Source: Balanoglossus misakiensis (lineage: Eukaryota > Animalia > Hemichordata). From it: a stretch of 64,000 nt of DNA. Location of the stretch: NCBI GenBank assembly GCA_040954595.2, contig CM082578.2, positions 15,050,998 through 15,114,997 of the forward strand. The letters are read 5' to 3'. The position numbers were made by a program, and so were the translations under genes. Positions 1-13,529 of this stretch are shown piece after piece (the first letter of the stretch is position 1; each line of letters starts with the position of its first letter). Below the pieces are notes generated by a model that was given only the letters and a program-made list of their open reading frames with translations, searched no databases and was not told the DNA's origin.

Positions 1-592
1 CTTATACCATATGTGTATATTGCTTCTGCAGATTTAGACCCATATCAGCAAGTTAGAGATAGAAAGTGGGAGAACACTTAACATTACCCTGAGATATAAA
101 GCATGCTGGAAGTTAGTCATACAGGAAAAGTTTGCTTGAAGTTCAACATTACAAGATACACAAAAGATAGAAGGGGTTATATTCAGACTGGTAGCAGCCA
201 CATGCAATAAACACCAATTTGTTAGCGGAAAAAATAAGGCTTTGCATAAACAGTGAGATAACATTTAAATTGCAAGCATCTGTGCATTGTTATGTTGTTA
301 AAAGCAACAACTGTTAGTCCTTGTGAACAGTGTCTGACTGTAGATGCAGTCCATGTGTCATCACACTTATGTATTTTCAGATCAATGCAATTGCATGGGT
401 GAAAATGTCACTAGGGTTGTCCGTGTCTTGGCAGGATTTGGGGAGAAAGTGGGTGTGTTCAAGTAACAGTGTTTTTTTTCATGGATGGCAGTCAGATAAA
501 CTGGTGTCATGTATTCAAAATTGAGCACAAACCAAATACTTGTTACTTGTACAAATCCTTCTTTCATTCAATTTGGCTTATGTGATGTACTG

Positions 593-3500
593 TCAATGGT
601 GGGATTCGTATCTGGAAAGTTTTTCATGTAAAGCTCTATGATCAACTGGAATGCTATATCCACGGTATTGACTCACTCGTGATGATTTCTGACGTCTTGT
701 TCCGGTACTCCGTCGTGAAGTCTGTCTCTCGTTATTAAGCTCATACTCTTCCAATCTTTGGGTGAGGGCTAATTTCTGCTGGATGGCCATACGCAGGAGG
801 GAGTTGAGGGTCTTCCTCTCCTCTTCGGCCGAGGAGAGTTTCCGTTGCATCTCATCCAGTTGGGTGACGTAGTCATCACAGCGAGTTGCGAACATTGCCC
901 GCAGACTAGCGAAAGTGGCTGCGTCTTCTTTGAGGGCCTTGAGTTCATTGCGTAGTTTCATCATAGTTTCGGCCACGATGGTCTTCTCATTTCCATATTT
1001 GCTCTTGAGGTTGGCCAGTGCCACTTCGGCCGTGGTCTTGTTGGCCTTCAGGACCGTTCTCAGAGTTGTGATCTGATCACGTTTTGTCGTCAGCAGCGAC
1101 TTCAGCTTGACGACCTGAGCCTGCAGGTCCTCGTTCTCGGCCAAGCTGCCCCCGTCAACTCGGTGCTGTCTGGACGCTTCAACCGTATGTTCGATGGCGC
1201 GTTTCAGGTACTTCACCTGATCACGCATTGTAGCCAACATATTAAAGCACGTGGATGCATCGGCGGGGCCTCCACTACCCAGAAGGCCGTTCTGTTCCTC
1301 TTGTGTAACTTTTCCGTCGGCCGTGCCGTTGGTGGAAGCGTCTTCCAGCATTGCCTCGTCAATGTCCTTCGAGTTTCTGTCTGCATTCCTGCGTTCTTTT
1401 CTGCTCATGCTGCTGGCGTTGTTGCTCCTGCTAGGCCCGATTCCTCGCAACTTGCTGGCGATGTGCGTGTGGAATCCTTCCCTCCGACTCAAACGCGACG
1501 TCTTGAAGTGTTCCAGCATCACCTTGTTTGGCGCCTCTCCGTTCACTGTGCAAATGTGGTGGTACAGCTGGGCAAGATCCTCACTGATGCTGATCAACTC
1601 GTCCCGCATACAATTCAAATGTCCTTGACTTTCACCCATGATCTCGTTTCTTTCCTTGAGCTTCCTCTCCAGTTCTTTCACTGTAGTGTTCTGCTTCTTG
1701 CTGCTATCACTCAGGACACTCATCTCGGCTTGCAGATCGTTGTAGACTTTGGTTGGGATGTTCTGATGCTCATCATCAGATCTTTCTTGATACATGTTCA
1801 GCTCGGCTTGCTGCTTCTGCATCCTGGCAACGGCTGCAAGGAACCGTTTCTCGTAACGCGCAATGTCTTTCTTCAGTCTGGTGATTTCTCTGTCCTTGTC
1901 CTGTAGGTCCTCGTATTCCTCGTGCTCCTCACCCTCGCTGGCTGCCCCGTCTTCCTCGAACTCACTCAGAACCTTCTGGTCAACAACAGCTGACAGTCGG
2001 TTCACTCGCTCGCTCTGCTCTGAGAGGGCACCCTTTGTATTCTCAAGTTCCTTGTGGGACTCCAGCAGGTGTTTGGACAGTTCCGATTTTTCGCTCTTTA
2101 AGGCACTGAGCTGGGCTTCCAACCTCTGGACTTCGGTTGTGTGCAGCTCACTCAGGAGATCGGAAACTGTGGCCGGCGCGGGCTGGGGTGAATCCTCAGT
2201 GGGCATAGATGCACGGAACTCGTGTTCCATTCTTCGCAGGATCGGGTGATCGGGGGAGCCGCACTCCTCTCTGTCCAGCTGTAATCTATCAGTGCTGCTC
2301 TCCAGATCCTCATTCAGGGCCTCTAACTCAGACAACATTTTGCCATCGAGTTCTTTCTTCAGAGCATGTTTCTGCTCACGTTCATGTTCAAGGGCAACTA
2401 AAGCTTCCTCGATTTGTTTCTCAGCAATCTCCTTCAACTTGGCCAGGTCCTCGATCTGGGAATTCAGGTATTCTGTTTCTTCATTCATTCTTCTGATTTC
2501 GTGTTTCATGGCTTCAAACTCCACTTGGGAGGATTTCAAACCAGAGACCTGAAAGCAATATAAACCATGAATAGGTCAAATGTCACTAAATACATACATC
2601 ACCACTGTGTCAAAGAAATGCATCAATTGTCTTCAGAAAATGGTTGTGTATATTCAAAAAAGTTTAGAGCACGTCAAGTTTTGGAGCTCATATATTTTAC
2701 ATCATCAGTGCAAAACCATTTTTACCTGTTTTTGTAACTGTATATTTTCTTCTTCCAACTCACTGTAATCTTGCAAAAGTCTTGTTTCCCGGAACTTATA
2801 TTCCCGCAGTTCATCTTTGATCTGTTTCCTTTGACTTTCCAACCTTTCCGAGATATCATTCAATTCAGATATCCTGGTGTTGAGCCTCTCATTTTCTGAT
2901 CTAGTCCTATCAACTGATAGACGACATTGTTTTGTTTCATTTTCTAAGTCACTGATCCTGGATATAAAGTCAGCTTCTCTGGATGCAGTTTCCTGTAAGA
3001 GTGTCTCCTCATGGTTGACTTCATAGGCCGTGTGTTTCTTCTGATTTACTAGTTCCTGATCAAGCGCCTGAAATACCAAAGAGAAAAGCAATGGATTAAT
3101 GTACAAAACAAACTGTTGGTTGAAGTGTGAAATTTAGCCTACATCCCAATTTAAAGGGTAGCGCCAATAAATTCTGATTTATAACATGTTGACTGCACAT
3201 ATTCACCTTCCAATACACAGGAGCAGACGGAGTGAGAAATCTATGTGATAATAAATTGTTGGGCTTTGTACCAAACACCTCGTTATTCATTCATTCATTG
3301 GTCAGGGGAAAATGAGACTTCCATTTCAATTAGGTGTTCTGGGATTTCCATGGATATTACAAGAAATCAATTATACTAGGCTGACACATTCCGCCATGCA
3401 CCTTGATTTAAGGTGTAATAAGTGCGACTACATGCAAATATCCCTCTTTAAATCTACTATATGTAGTACACACTGTGTAATAGAATATTTGGTAAAAGTA

Positions 3501-6500
3501 AATGAATGGATGATTTGGAAAGACAGTCTGTAGATCTGGAACATGGAAATGGTTGAGACAATGAGACCAACAAAATCAATACAGGCAATCTGATTGAAAA
3601 GAACACATTATCTTTGGTTGCTACATTTCAATATCCCAAAGGGAAACCTTTGTAATGCAGACTGAGACAACTAGTTATATAATTTGTAAAAGCATAAATG
3701 GTGCTATTGATGAATTCATGAAGTATAATGATATTGATGAGCTGATGTATGCATGGTGTATTAATTATTACTGGTATATGCAGAACCGAAGTGGGCCCAA
3801 AATATAGATTTGAATTTGTGCATGCATACGGTGCATATCAACATTAAACGTGTACAGCCCTTGAGTATTAAATCATCTGTTTCTAGAACACAAATACTGC
3901 ATATGTTGCCAGCTATTTTCCACATGGGGAAAGTTGTGACTGTTCTTTGAAAAGGGTAAACGATTGATTGGACACTGTTTCTATAATGGACAGACAAAAA
4001 AAACACTAATGATTTTCATGTCGTGCTAATTTAAAACTTGCATTGACTATGCCATAGTGGTTTTCACTGATTAGATTCCATGTCAATGACATCAAAGCAA
4101 TGTGGATTTGCTCAATTACACAGACAGACATCCTATCATATTATGCAAATAACTCTGAGCTGCATCAGCAGATGCCAGAAGGCTTTCAATGTTGGAAATT
4201 ACAGCTGTCTGCTAGGGCAATGGAAGAGGGGTCTTTGTTGTTTGTGCAGATCGTTTTCCAAATGTCACACACTCATTCTGGTTGAATGCAAGTACTGCAG
4301 AGTCCTTTGGGCAATCCTTGACCCAGTGGAGAGGGCTTCACAGGGAACTGTGTTTGTCAGTCGAGAGACGTGACAGATCTGCATTTGTCAGCTGAGAAGA
4401 CACCCACTTAGCAAACCCTCAAGTCATCCAACGCAAACTGTGCAGCAGACAGAGACTCATCTGAAGCTAATTCACGGCAGACATGAAATAAAACTGAATG
4501 GTGGCGCAGATTGCATCTTTGCATGCGTTCTAACAATTGATGAGAAGACTAAACTCCCTGGCAGCAAATTGATCTGTGCATGTGTTCTCAGAGTTGAAGA
4601 CAAATTGAATCCCTCAAGAAAACTGCATCCTACCTCTAATGGTGTGTCAAGAAACTAATATCCTTTTTAGCCAGAAGCCTGCACCGTATTTATAAAAGAC
4701 TTCTATCTTTCACTCTATTTCTTTGGTGATTTCCTGCAAGGGTATTATCAAAGCGAGTCGGTTTGTTTGGTTGAGTGAAAGTGAGACTGGATTAGACCCT
4801 GGAAAATGCATATATTTCTCCTAGATATTTTTTTATTTCTGTTACAAAGACTACAAAAATCGTGACAGAAAATAACGAGGCAAATGGTGATTTCTCATAA
4901 CATGTGCATGTGTATGGATTACAATGTATCACGGACAGAAACAGGAACTGCATCTCAGCATTCCATTGGCATTACACTGTGAGGGTCAACGTTTCCATTC
5001 CCTGCATCATGCAATCTGCACGGATGTCAACTCCTAGTCCTACAGCTATCCAAGGCTATAGCCAAATAATGTCGTAACTTAATCACCTAAATTCATTAAA
5101 ACGAACAAAACTCATTCACTGTTAATTTTCCTCAAAAGCAAGCTAACAACTTGACGTATGAACATAATTCGCAGCAGCTCATGAAATGCATCGCGTTGTT
5201 TGACTACTTTCTATGAGATCATCGGTAGCAGTAATTAAAACAATTTCATCTATTTTATCTTGGCTTTCATTGCTTATTGGATTACTAGTCTTTGAATAAT
5301 TATTGTGGTTGGTAGAATGTTTGAATGAGGAAAGTTCTCTCATAATATTTTTCATTCTGTGTATCTTGGAACTCCAGTCAGTAATGACCCACAGTGCAGT
5401 TGTATTCAAAATTCAAGAACAAAGCCTTCCTGGATAATGTCTTACGTGTGTATTGCAACTTAGTGTGGTGTCTGATCTGCCTTTTTATGGGTCTGCCAAA
5501 AATAAATGTATCTTCGCATTTAGATACTGGGCTACTTGCGACAGATTATCAAGTTGACATTTTCATCTTGACCTTGCAGTAACTGTTGATCCAGTTTCAG
5601 AGTGACTGATTTGACATTTACGTGTTAACATTATCATTTAAAGCATCCTGTTTTTCATTAATTTAGTACCCACACCATGTCCAAGCTATTACAAAAATAG
5701 CAGGACAGGGTTGACATTTAAAGACAATTTCGGATAAATGCCACCAAAATAAACTTTCCATTTTAACCATCATTTGCCAAGTGTATACAGTTTTAACATT
5801 TTGACATTTAAAGGCGAACATCTTCAATGTCAGCAGAGAATCAACTGATACAAAAGTGTTTCCCTTCTCTGCTGTCTATGGTTTCCTTTGCCACCTCTCT
5901 CTTCAAAGCAATGAAGACTGGGGGGGGGGGGGGGGGGGTCAAGGGCTTCCCATCCAGCTTAGTAGTTTCCCCATCATATGGACAGTAATTCACACATCAT
6001 TCACAGGCAAGTGGTCATTGCAACCACAGCAGTCCCCCCCCCCCTGAAGCAACAATGTTCCCACTACATGTACAATCATATACATTGTCTGCATTGATAT
6101 ATTTCATAACTGAATTATTGTTGCCTAAGGGTTAAATGTTGAAGACTACACAATGCAGGTACTGTTGTTACTATGCCCCACTATGGAAAAAGATTCAGGT
6201 TTTACTGTCCCCCCCCCCCATTTGCCACCTGTGCTTCAAACATTGCACGCTTCAAAATGCTGACCTACATTGAGGAAGAGCATTATATTGGTCCAAAGTT
6301 TAAGTATTAACAATGATAACAGACCAACTCTGTTTGGCATTTAAAGACTCACTTCTATATCCCTGATTGTCACATAAATGATTACCCCCACCCCAACACA
6401 CCAATATAACATTAGTCGCCAAATAAACTTTATTTTATAAATACGAAGTACAAAAAGCTAGCAGCTGATCAAACACTGAGGACATACACACACAAAACAA

Positions 6501-8057
6501 ATGACTGATCAAATCACATTTAGAAATATGTCATGAAACTATGAAACCATGTCAATCAGAAGACAATATTGATTTTTAAATAATTAACAACTACAATACA
6601 CACTCTGACTGGTATGGATTTTCCATATGCTGACTTGTGATGTTGAATGCGAAGAGATCAATAGATTTTACAGTAATTTACTTTAAAATCCAGGGAAAAT
6701 AATATGATCTCCAGGAAAGACTTTTTATGGATTTGAAAAATGTCCATGATTGACCCCAAAAATGTGAAGGTTTATTTCACAACATTCTTACAAAATGTGA
6801 CACTCAAATTCCCTATCCTCGCAGCCATTGTAAAATTTTGCCCATATGCTACACTGGTAATATTATCCCAACAGGGCATTATCAATGATTGATATTTGAC
6901 CCTTTCCGACGACAAATGGCAATGTTGATGTCTAAATTGCACAGGCAATGGTGAGAAAAATATAAATCGAAGTAAATGGAGCCTGACATTCCTGGCACAA
7001 TCCACTGTTGATAACAATTGACTATTTGAGCAGAAAACAATAGCATACTGTGAGGCATGTCCTATTGTTTGAACTGAAGTTCTTGTCTCAACTTGAAATG
7101 TAACCTACTTGACTTGCAAAATATCTAGGCCTAAGGGTGATATTTCCTGCTTACAATGACATTTGCAAACCAACTAGCCTTACTGCTTCTTTGCATCAGC
7201 AAATCAGCAAAATACATCAACCAGTAACTGGGGATGTAGTTTACTGAGATATCTGATGAGCTTTTGTCCCAATAAATTAAGATCAATGTTTGAATGGGCT
7301 ACTGCCAATAATGGTGCTCACTGCGATGTGACTCTTGGCAAACCACTGCACATTGTTTGGATTACTAAGGTATAAACCATTCAAATTATACAACATTTTC
7401 CCCACTGCAATGTCTGATTAGACAACACATCCTTATCTACATTGCGTGGGATTGTACCACCCCAAACTTCAGATCTTCCGGTGCTGACCCTTGCCAAACC
7501 TACATCAATATTATTATCATGATTATGGCACACCAATGTAATCAAATCGATATGGTTACTTCGTCTATCTGGTGTACGGTGAAGACTTCTGAAGAGGAAA
7601 AACCACAGTATACGCCACATAGCACCAGATCATAAAGAGCCGGTTGATGATGACATTTGAACTTCGGTTCTCGAGTTTATCCGGTGTGTGACATTGAAAT
7701 GAACAATACGTTAAAATCGTTATCGAAATAATGATCTAGTAGTTACTGCACTGGTCAGCTTTTAAGACACTGCGATCGTCGGTAATTTTTGTATCGAGTG
7801 ATTAACAACAATGCAAATTCGATTAATATGAGCACACTAACCGTTTTTGCCATTTGCAATTCATGTTTGGTACTTTCATACAATGTTTCCAAGTCTTCAT
7901 ACTGTTGCTTCAGCGATTGCTTTTCTTCCAATACCACCAGCCCGTACTCGGCCGCTTGAATTTTCTCATGGCTTGCTTCTGACAGTTCGCGGTTAAGGCG
8001 GTCTATCTCTATCCTAAGTTCTTCAATGCTTTCCATGTTTGTATCTTCGTGTGTCAT
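593..8057 (-). CDS. BICD: Bicaudal-D homolog (dynein cargo adaptor), 3 coding exons in window
   Basis: Exons 7842..8057 (MTHEDTNMESIEELR...EKIQAAEYGLVVLEEK), 2726..3067 (EETLLQE...YKFRETRLLQDYSELEEENIQLQKQ) and 593/677..2548 (SSQVEFE...KLKSLLTTKRDQITTLRTVLKANKTTAEVALANLKSKY...DAATFASLRAMFATRCDDY...LRMAIQQKLALTQRLE) are hallmark BicD motifs. The GT-AG junctions are all phase 0. The 3' end is either the stop at 593 or a splice at a GTGAGT donor after 677. Confidence 0.96.
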
Positions 8058-8392
8058 GATCAAAGGCTGGGGCGATCTTGGCAAAACGGGGCGAATATTT
8101 GGTGGTAAAAGGAACTATGCTCGACCGCGACCGACTGCCATGTTAATATTTATGTGGATATAATGACGTCATATTTCCTAGTTCAAGCGGCAGAGGGCGA
8201 ACTTTCAAAATGGAGGTGAGTATCAACACAACAAGACCAAACTCTGCGTCAGTAAAATGTAGTCGCATTTTCATGAAAGCTAATTACACCTACATTATTT
8301 TGTACATTTGTAGGCCAAGACAGTAAGAACAGATATACCATGCACCATCCTATAGCTATGTAACAACAGAAAGTTCCTAAGATATTGTCATT
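8058..8392. promoter_or_regulatory. Bidirectional promoter between BICD (-) and ZCRB1 (+)
   Basis: The divergent start codons are only ~335 bp apart. The region is CpG-richer, with a perfect CRE TGACGTCA at 8164-8171 and a YY1-like AAAATGG at 8207-8213 followed by a GTGAGT donor at 8216. Confidence 0.65.
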
Positions 8393-10179
8393 ATGAGTGG
8401 AGGTCTTGCACCGAGTAAAAGTACCATTTACGTGTCAAATCTTCCCTTTTCACTGACAAATAATGACTTACACAAGGTGAGTGTCATGACTGTATAAGTG
8501 ACAATTGTCTAAAATCCCTCTCTTGAAGATCATGGGATGGTGGGGCTAAAGCTCCATGTTATGGAATGTGTCAGTTCTCTCTATATGACAATTGAAGTAT
8601 GGAATATGACCTGCTACATTTATATATATAATTTTAGCGTATTATAATTTGTGTTTCAGATATTTGAAAAGTATGGGAAAGTTGTCAAGTAAGTAGACAC
8701 CACATCATTGTTTATGCTGAAGTTAGGAACATAATTAAAATGAGCTGGTAACACGTTGAACCTACCAGTACATTGTACATGCATGTTAACTGCCTGCATT
8801 GAACTATTGTGGGTGCAATGGATTCTGGGAAAGTAATATGAGCAGTTTTGGTGATTGAAGCCCTCTACCTAAAACTTGGCTAGAAACTCTGTGTGTAAGT
8901 ATGATTATTAAAGTTATCCTACCACATTATTTGCAGGGTGACAATAATGAAAGACAAGCAAACACGGCGAAGTAGAGGTGTGGCATTCGTATTGTATTTG
9001 AAGAGAGAAGAGGCATATAAAGCAATTAAAGCATTGAATAATAAAGAGGTAAAATAGATCATTCATATATGACATATAATTTCATCAACCATTGTAATTT
9101 GCATGTGCAAATTCCATTAAGATGTCTCTACCTAGTATATATTTATAGAATAAATTTACCTTGTCATTTGTATTATTTCAGCTATTTGGAAGACGACTAA
9201 CTTGTAAAGTTGCAGCAGACAATGGAAGGGCATCAGATTTTATCAAACGAAAAGATTATCCAGACAAGTCTCGTTGTTATGAATGTGGGGTAAGGCTATG
9301 GTAATCTTTTGTTTGGAGAAAACCAACTTCATATTTTATTGTAGTTTGGTGACACTTTCCTAAAATTTTAATTTTGTTTTCTATGAAGCAATTTTTAGCA
9401 ACACACAGAGGTGGGTTGTTTTCTGTCATACGTTTAGACCAGAAACGTAACAATCACCACAAGTTCTGTAAGAATTCATTTCACTTTCTTCTTGATCCTT
9501 GTTATTCAGGAGTTTGGTCATCTAAGTTACAATTGTCCAAACAATGCACTTGGAGACAGAGAGCAACCAAAGAAAAAGAAGAAAAAAGAAAAGAAAAACA
9601 AAGAAGAGTCACACAGGTTTGTTTCGAATTACTTCTTAGTCCAGCTGTACAATAAAACCTCTCTGCTGTCTGACATGATTTTAGATGAACTGAACTCTTA
9701 CTCTGCAAACTATATTTCAGTTAATAACATGAGTTTGCAAGACCAAATACTGAGAGGAAACATAAAGTGTTAATGTTTTTGTTATTACTTTTTTTTCTTG
9801 TTTTATCAGCTACCAAGTGGATGAAGAAGAGGAAGTTGATGATGATGATGATGACTCGATAGGTGAAGACCCAGCTTTAGAAAGTCTTAGTGCAGCTATT
9901 AAATACCAGGTAAGTGAGTAAGCTCTTGTGATGTAATCCACAAAAAATAATCTGCTGGCTATACCAAAAATATCTCCCCCAGTACAAAAGACAACTATTT
10001 TCTGTGTATATACATTCCTGCAGAGAGAAAAAATGGAAGAGGAAGAGTACAGATATCGTGTTGCAACGGGTAACTATGACGATGAAGGGCCATCAACAAG
10101 CACCACAGACAAAAAGATAAAGATTAAGAAAGACACTTATTTCAGTGATGAAGAAGAAGTAAATGATGCAGAAGTGTGA
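8393..10179 (+). CDS. ZCRB1: Zinc finger CCHC-type and RNA-binding motif protein 1 (U11/U12 snRNP 31K), 7 coding exons
   Basis: Missed as a whole by the ORF track. Exons are 8393..8476 ([28 protein letters not shown]), 8660..8688, 8937..9048 (SRGVAFVLY), 9182..9289 ([22 protein letters not shown]), 9510..9616 ([18 protein letters not shown]), 9810..9909 and 10024..10179 (YFSDEEE). All junctions are GT-AG with consistent phases. AATAAA at ~10318. Confidence 0.95.
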
Positions 10180-10933
10180 AATTTGGTCTGCAGCAGCTGT
10201 ATTTTTTTTTATTGTTCTCTGTGGTGAATATTCTGTTTACATTTATACATGTGTATTTCATGGTGTCCAGAAAGTGTTATTGCAGTACATGGTGTACTTT
10301 GTTTTTCCCTTTTCAGAAATAAAATGATATATCAAAATAACCTTTCTCGTGAAACCTGTTGAAATGACTGTAATCTGAAAATGTGGATTAGCATTATTTG
10401 TGCCTATTCAGGGCCAAAGTTGGCAGCAGAAAGAAAAGGGCCAACAAAATGATTGTTATCGTACCCTCTATCTTTTGAACACGTTTTCAACCCTGGGGAA
10501 ATCACCAGGGTTGTGGCCTAGGTCGTGCGCCACCATGCGGCGACCCGTGAGGCCAAATATTCACGGATTTTCTACTCGAATGTGATTCCACTGCTGACCT
10601 GACCTGTGACTGACAAAATGGCGTGCACGTGTGGTTTCGCAATTACCGGTGGCGTATAGAAGAAAACGTGTTGGTAGGTTCCCCTCCTGGGTAAGATTCC
10701 TGACTGAAGGCCTTAGTCCTGTCTGTCAGTCAGTCCGTTTAATCTAAGCCATTTGGACACCACAACCTCTAACACGATCTGTACTTCGTTAGGTGGGGGG
10801 GGGGGGGGGGGGGGGTTACAATGTGTACGAGCACATGTGCTGCAGTCAAAGTCTTCACCAGTGTCACACATGTTTAAGTAATAATGTTAATGATTTTCCA
10901 TTTCAGGTAGTTATAGCACCAGCCAAAACCACA

Positions 10934-12520
10934 ATGCTGAGAGGCAGTTCCATTGTTGCCATCAGAAGGCTACAGACGTCAATATTAGCACGTCACCGGA
11001 AGAAAATCAAGCCATCATCTGAAGTGTTGCAGACATTACCAGATATCTATGATATTTATGACAGCAGCCATGTAATACACAAACCTGGCAATGTTTTCAA
11101 GTACAGCTACCTGTCAAAGCCAGTTACAACTGTGTCACATATGCAGAGGCGTGGCCTCTGTGTTCAGAAACCAGGGTTTGACCTACCCAATGACGATCTC
11201 CTGGATGACACAGTTGCAAGAGGAGTCACAGGAGATCCTGAGCAGTCAGCAAGTGAAGCTAGCAATAAGGAGAAAAACTTGCAAGATGCAAGGCAGCTTG
11301 TCGATATGTGGCGCAAGTCGGGAAAGTTTGTGCCCGAGGAGATGACTGAAATGGAGCTGGCGGAATTCTACAAACTTGACACTAAAAGCAGTCGCAAGAA
11401 ATACTTGAAATTCCTGGCACGTCGAGAAATCATAAGGAGGACGGAGAAAATGAACAGGTTGCGTAAAGCGGAGGAGAGGGCGAAGTTGCAGAGTGATGAT
11501 AATTATGGCAAGTTTGAAAAAAACACCATTCTCCTGTTCATGCGCAACACCACCATGGCCCAAAGTGGTATGTGGAACATGGCCCGTGGCATGAAATTTG
11601 GACCGAAACTTGTGATTGATCACAGCTATGAAAGCGAGATGAACAGGAGGGAAATTATAGCACTTGGCAAACAACTGACGGAAGTTCTTGGTGCCATGAA
11701 AACTGCGTGGGAACCGTTTCATATGTACTGGACAAATGTCGAAGCTGGTGGAAAGATGGAGGCTGAAATGCGGCGGGTGTTTGGGGATTACTTGGACCGA
11801 ATGCTCATCGACATCACAGAAGAATCCTTCTTAGATATTTTCCCGAGAGAGCAGCTTGTGTATTTGAGCGCCGACTCTCCCAATGAGCTGACGCACTACG
11901 ACTCAGACAAGGTGTACATAATCGGCGGAATGGTGGACCTGTCAATCAAGCCACGACTGTCACTTGCCAAGGCAAAGCGGTACAACATTGCGAGCGCCCG
12001 TCTGCCTCTGGATCACTACATGAAGTGGGGCCCGGGAGGTGGCAAGAACTTGACCGTTGATCAGATGGTGAGAATAATGTTGGAGATGAAGACATCCGGG
12101 GACTGGCAGCAAGCGCTGAAGCACGTACCAATAAGGAAAATTGAAGGCATGTATGAACAGACATCCGCTGCTGGCTCAGATCGCAAACCGTGGTGCGGTA
12201 CATCACCTGGGTCGGAAGGGCAATCTCAGCAGTCCCTTACCGGCAAATTTTCTTTCAGTCGAGCTTCGGGTACAGAGAAGGGGAACAAGAGAGGTAAAAA
12301 GACTGAACAGGACCAACATGGTCTGTGGTATGGAAGGACTCCATACCCTGAAGAAGAACCCTACTTCACAGCTAGAAGAAAGGGTTTGACTGAGAACAAC
12401 ACAATACCACCAAACTTTGCAGAAAAATATTCTAAAATAGTTGAGAGGAATAAAAAGCAACCTAGTTATAAACAAAGAAGACAGATAGACAAAAACTACC
12501 TCAAAGATTTGTATGAGTAA
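10934..12520 (+). CDS. TRMT10C: tRNA methyltransferase 10C / mitochondrial RNase P protein 1, single coding exon
   Basis: Arg-rich N-terminal presequence, KKYLKFL helix and TRM10 SPOUT motifs (LVYLSADSPN, KVYIIGGMVD, ARLPLDHY, KNLTVDQMVRIML). An acceptor tttcag ends at 10906, just upstream of the ATG. A probable 5'UTR exon with AAAATGGCG lies at ~10615-10673. AATAAA at ~12768. Confidence 0.93.
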   Translation: MLRGSSIVAIRRLQTSILARHRKKIKPSSEVLQTLPDIYDIYDSSHVIHKPGNVFKYSYLSKPVTTVSHMQRRGLCVQKPGFDLPNDDLLDDTVARGVTGDPEQSASEASNKEKNLQDARQLVDMWRKSGKFVPEEMTEMELAEFYKLDTKSSRKKYLKFLARREIIRRTEKMNRLRKAEERAKLQSDDNYGKFEKNTILLFMRNTTMAQSGMWNMARGMKFGPKLVIDHSYESEMNRREIIALGKQLTEVLGAMKTAWEPFHMYWTNVEAGGKMEAEMRRVFGDYLDRMLIDITEESFLDIFPREQLVYLSADSPNELTHYDSDKVYIIGGMVDLSIKPRLSLAKAKRYNIASARLPLDHYMKWGPGGGKNLTVDQMVRIMLEMKTSGDWQQALKHVPIRKIEGMYEQTSAAGSDRKPWCGTSPGSEGQSQQSLTGKFSFSRASGTEKGNKRGKKTEQDQHGLWYGRTPYPEEEPYFTARRKGLTENNTIPPNFAEKYSKIVERNKKQPSYKQRRQIDKNYLKDLYE

Positions 12521-13529
12521 AACTAAAAAGTCAGTAATCGATGCAAAGAAATTATTATATCTGATCACTTCAAGACAGCCATAATCTGTCAAGATAATTG
12601 GAACTATTGAGATAATAGACCCCACTCTTTTAGGTGCATAGTGCCCAGTGATGACAGTTTGGTATTGTAAAATACCACTGTAGTTTTTGCCAGATGTAAT
12701 GCCATTGCGAGTTTGACTGAGTTTGTAGCCAAATCAGTTTTTTTTCAAAAGTTGGCCATTGTTATGGAATAAAGAGAAATTATCAAAAGTACATTATTTT
12801 GTACAAATGCTTCTTTCAGTATTCACATTTTTACATCTTTAACATACATGCCATGACAGTTTTACATACTATAATGAATGGTAAACAAAACACCATGAAA
12901 ACTGTTACATATTGCAATTTTTGTTTATTGACTGCTGAATACTTTAGTGCTAATGTGATTGTTATAAAAATGAACACAGTGTAATCTATTGTCCTACTGG
13001 TATGGTATAAAATGTCTGGCTATGGCTTTGCTGCCTTCCAACTCTGGTGAAACAATAGGACGAATCTTTTTCTGAGTTTAAATTCTCGACGCTAACTGAT
13101 AACCTTGTATATACTAATTGGAACCTATGTGGGCAAAGTGTACTTGTCCAGAGATGAAAGTGGTGACATTCAAAGAGAGAGAGCGAGATCACTGGCTGAC
13201 CAGCAGCAAATTAACCTATCTGGTCATAAAACAATTTTTGTACATACAATATATCTGGCAAATGCACCTGTCACCCACCAAATATGCTTAACCAAACATG
13301 ACTAACTCTGCATCTTCACCTGCCAAAGTATCTTCTCGGGCAGCTGCGTGCTCCCGGAAATAGTCGAGCTGACGACCCTTGCGAGTGGACAGTATGCTAA
13401 CTGACTGAATAGACCAGTTTTCGAATGCGTTTTCTCAATTATTTTTTTCAAATACATGATTATGTAGATGTAAAACTATATTAAGATTCATACTATGATA
13501 CATGTACTGTGTGACAGCTAGGGCTGTTT

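Noticed and set aside
1163-2552. Long + strand ORFs (247, 125, 128 aa) overlapping BICD
   Set aside because: Antisense shadows of a coiled-coil coding exon, with no recognisable domain.
4370-4660. Weak ~57-bp periodicity and short ORFs in BICD intron 1
   Set aside because: Only two degenerate units, with no in-phase exon structure supported.
5920-5938. Poly-G/C tracts (also ~10796, 16060, 20969, 21452, 35933, 39558) as functional G-quadruplexes
   Set aside because: These homopolymers are scattered through introns and intergenic DNA without positional pattern, so they look like a general genome feature.
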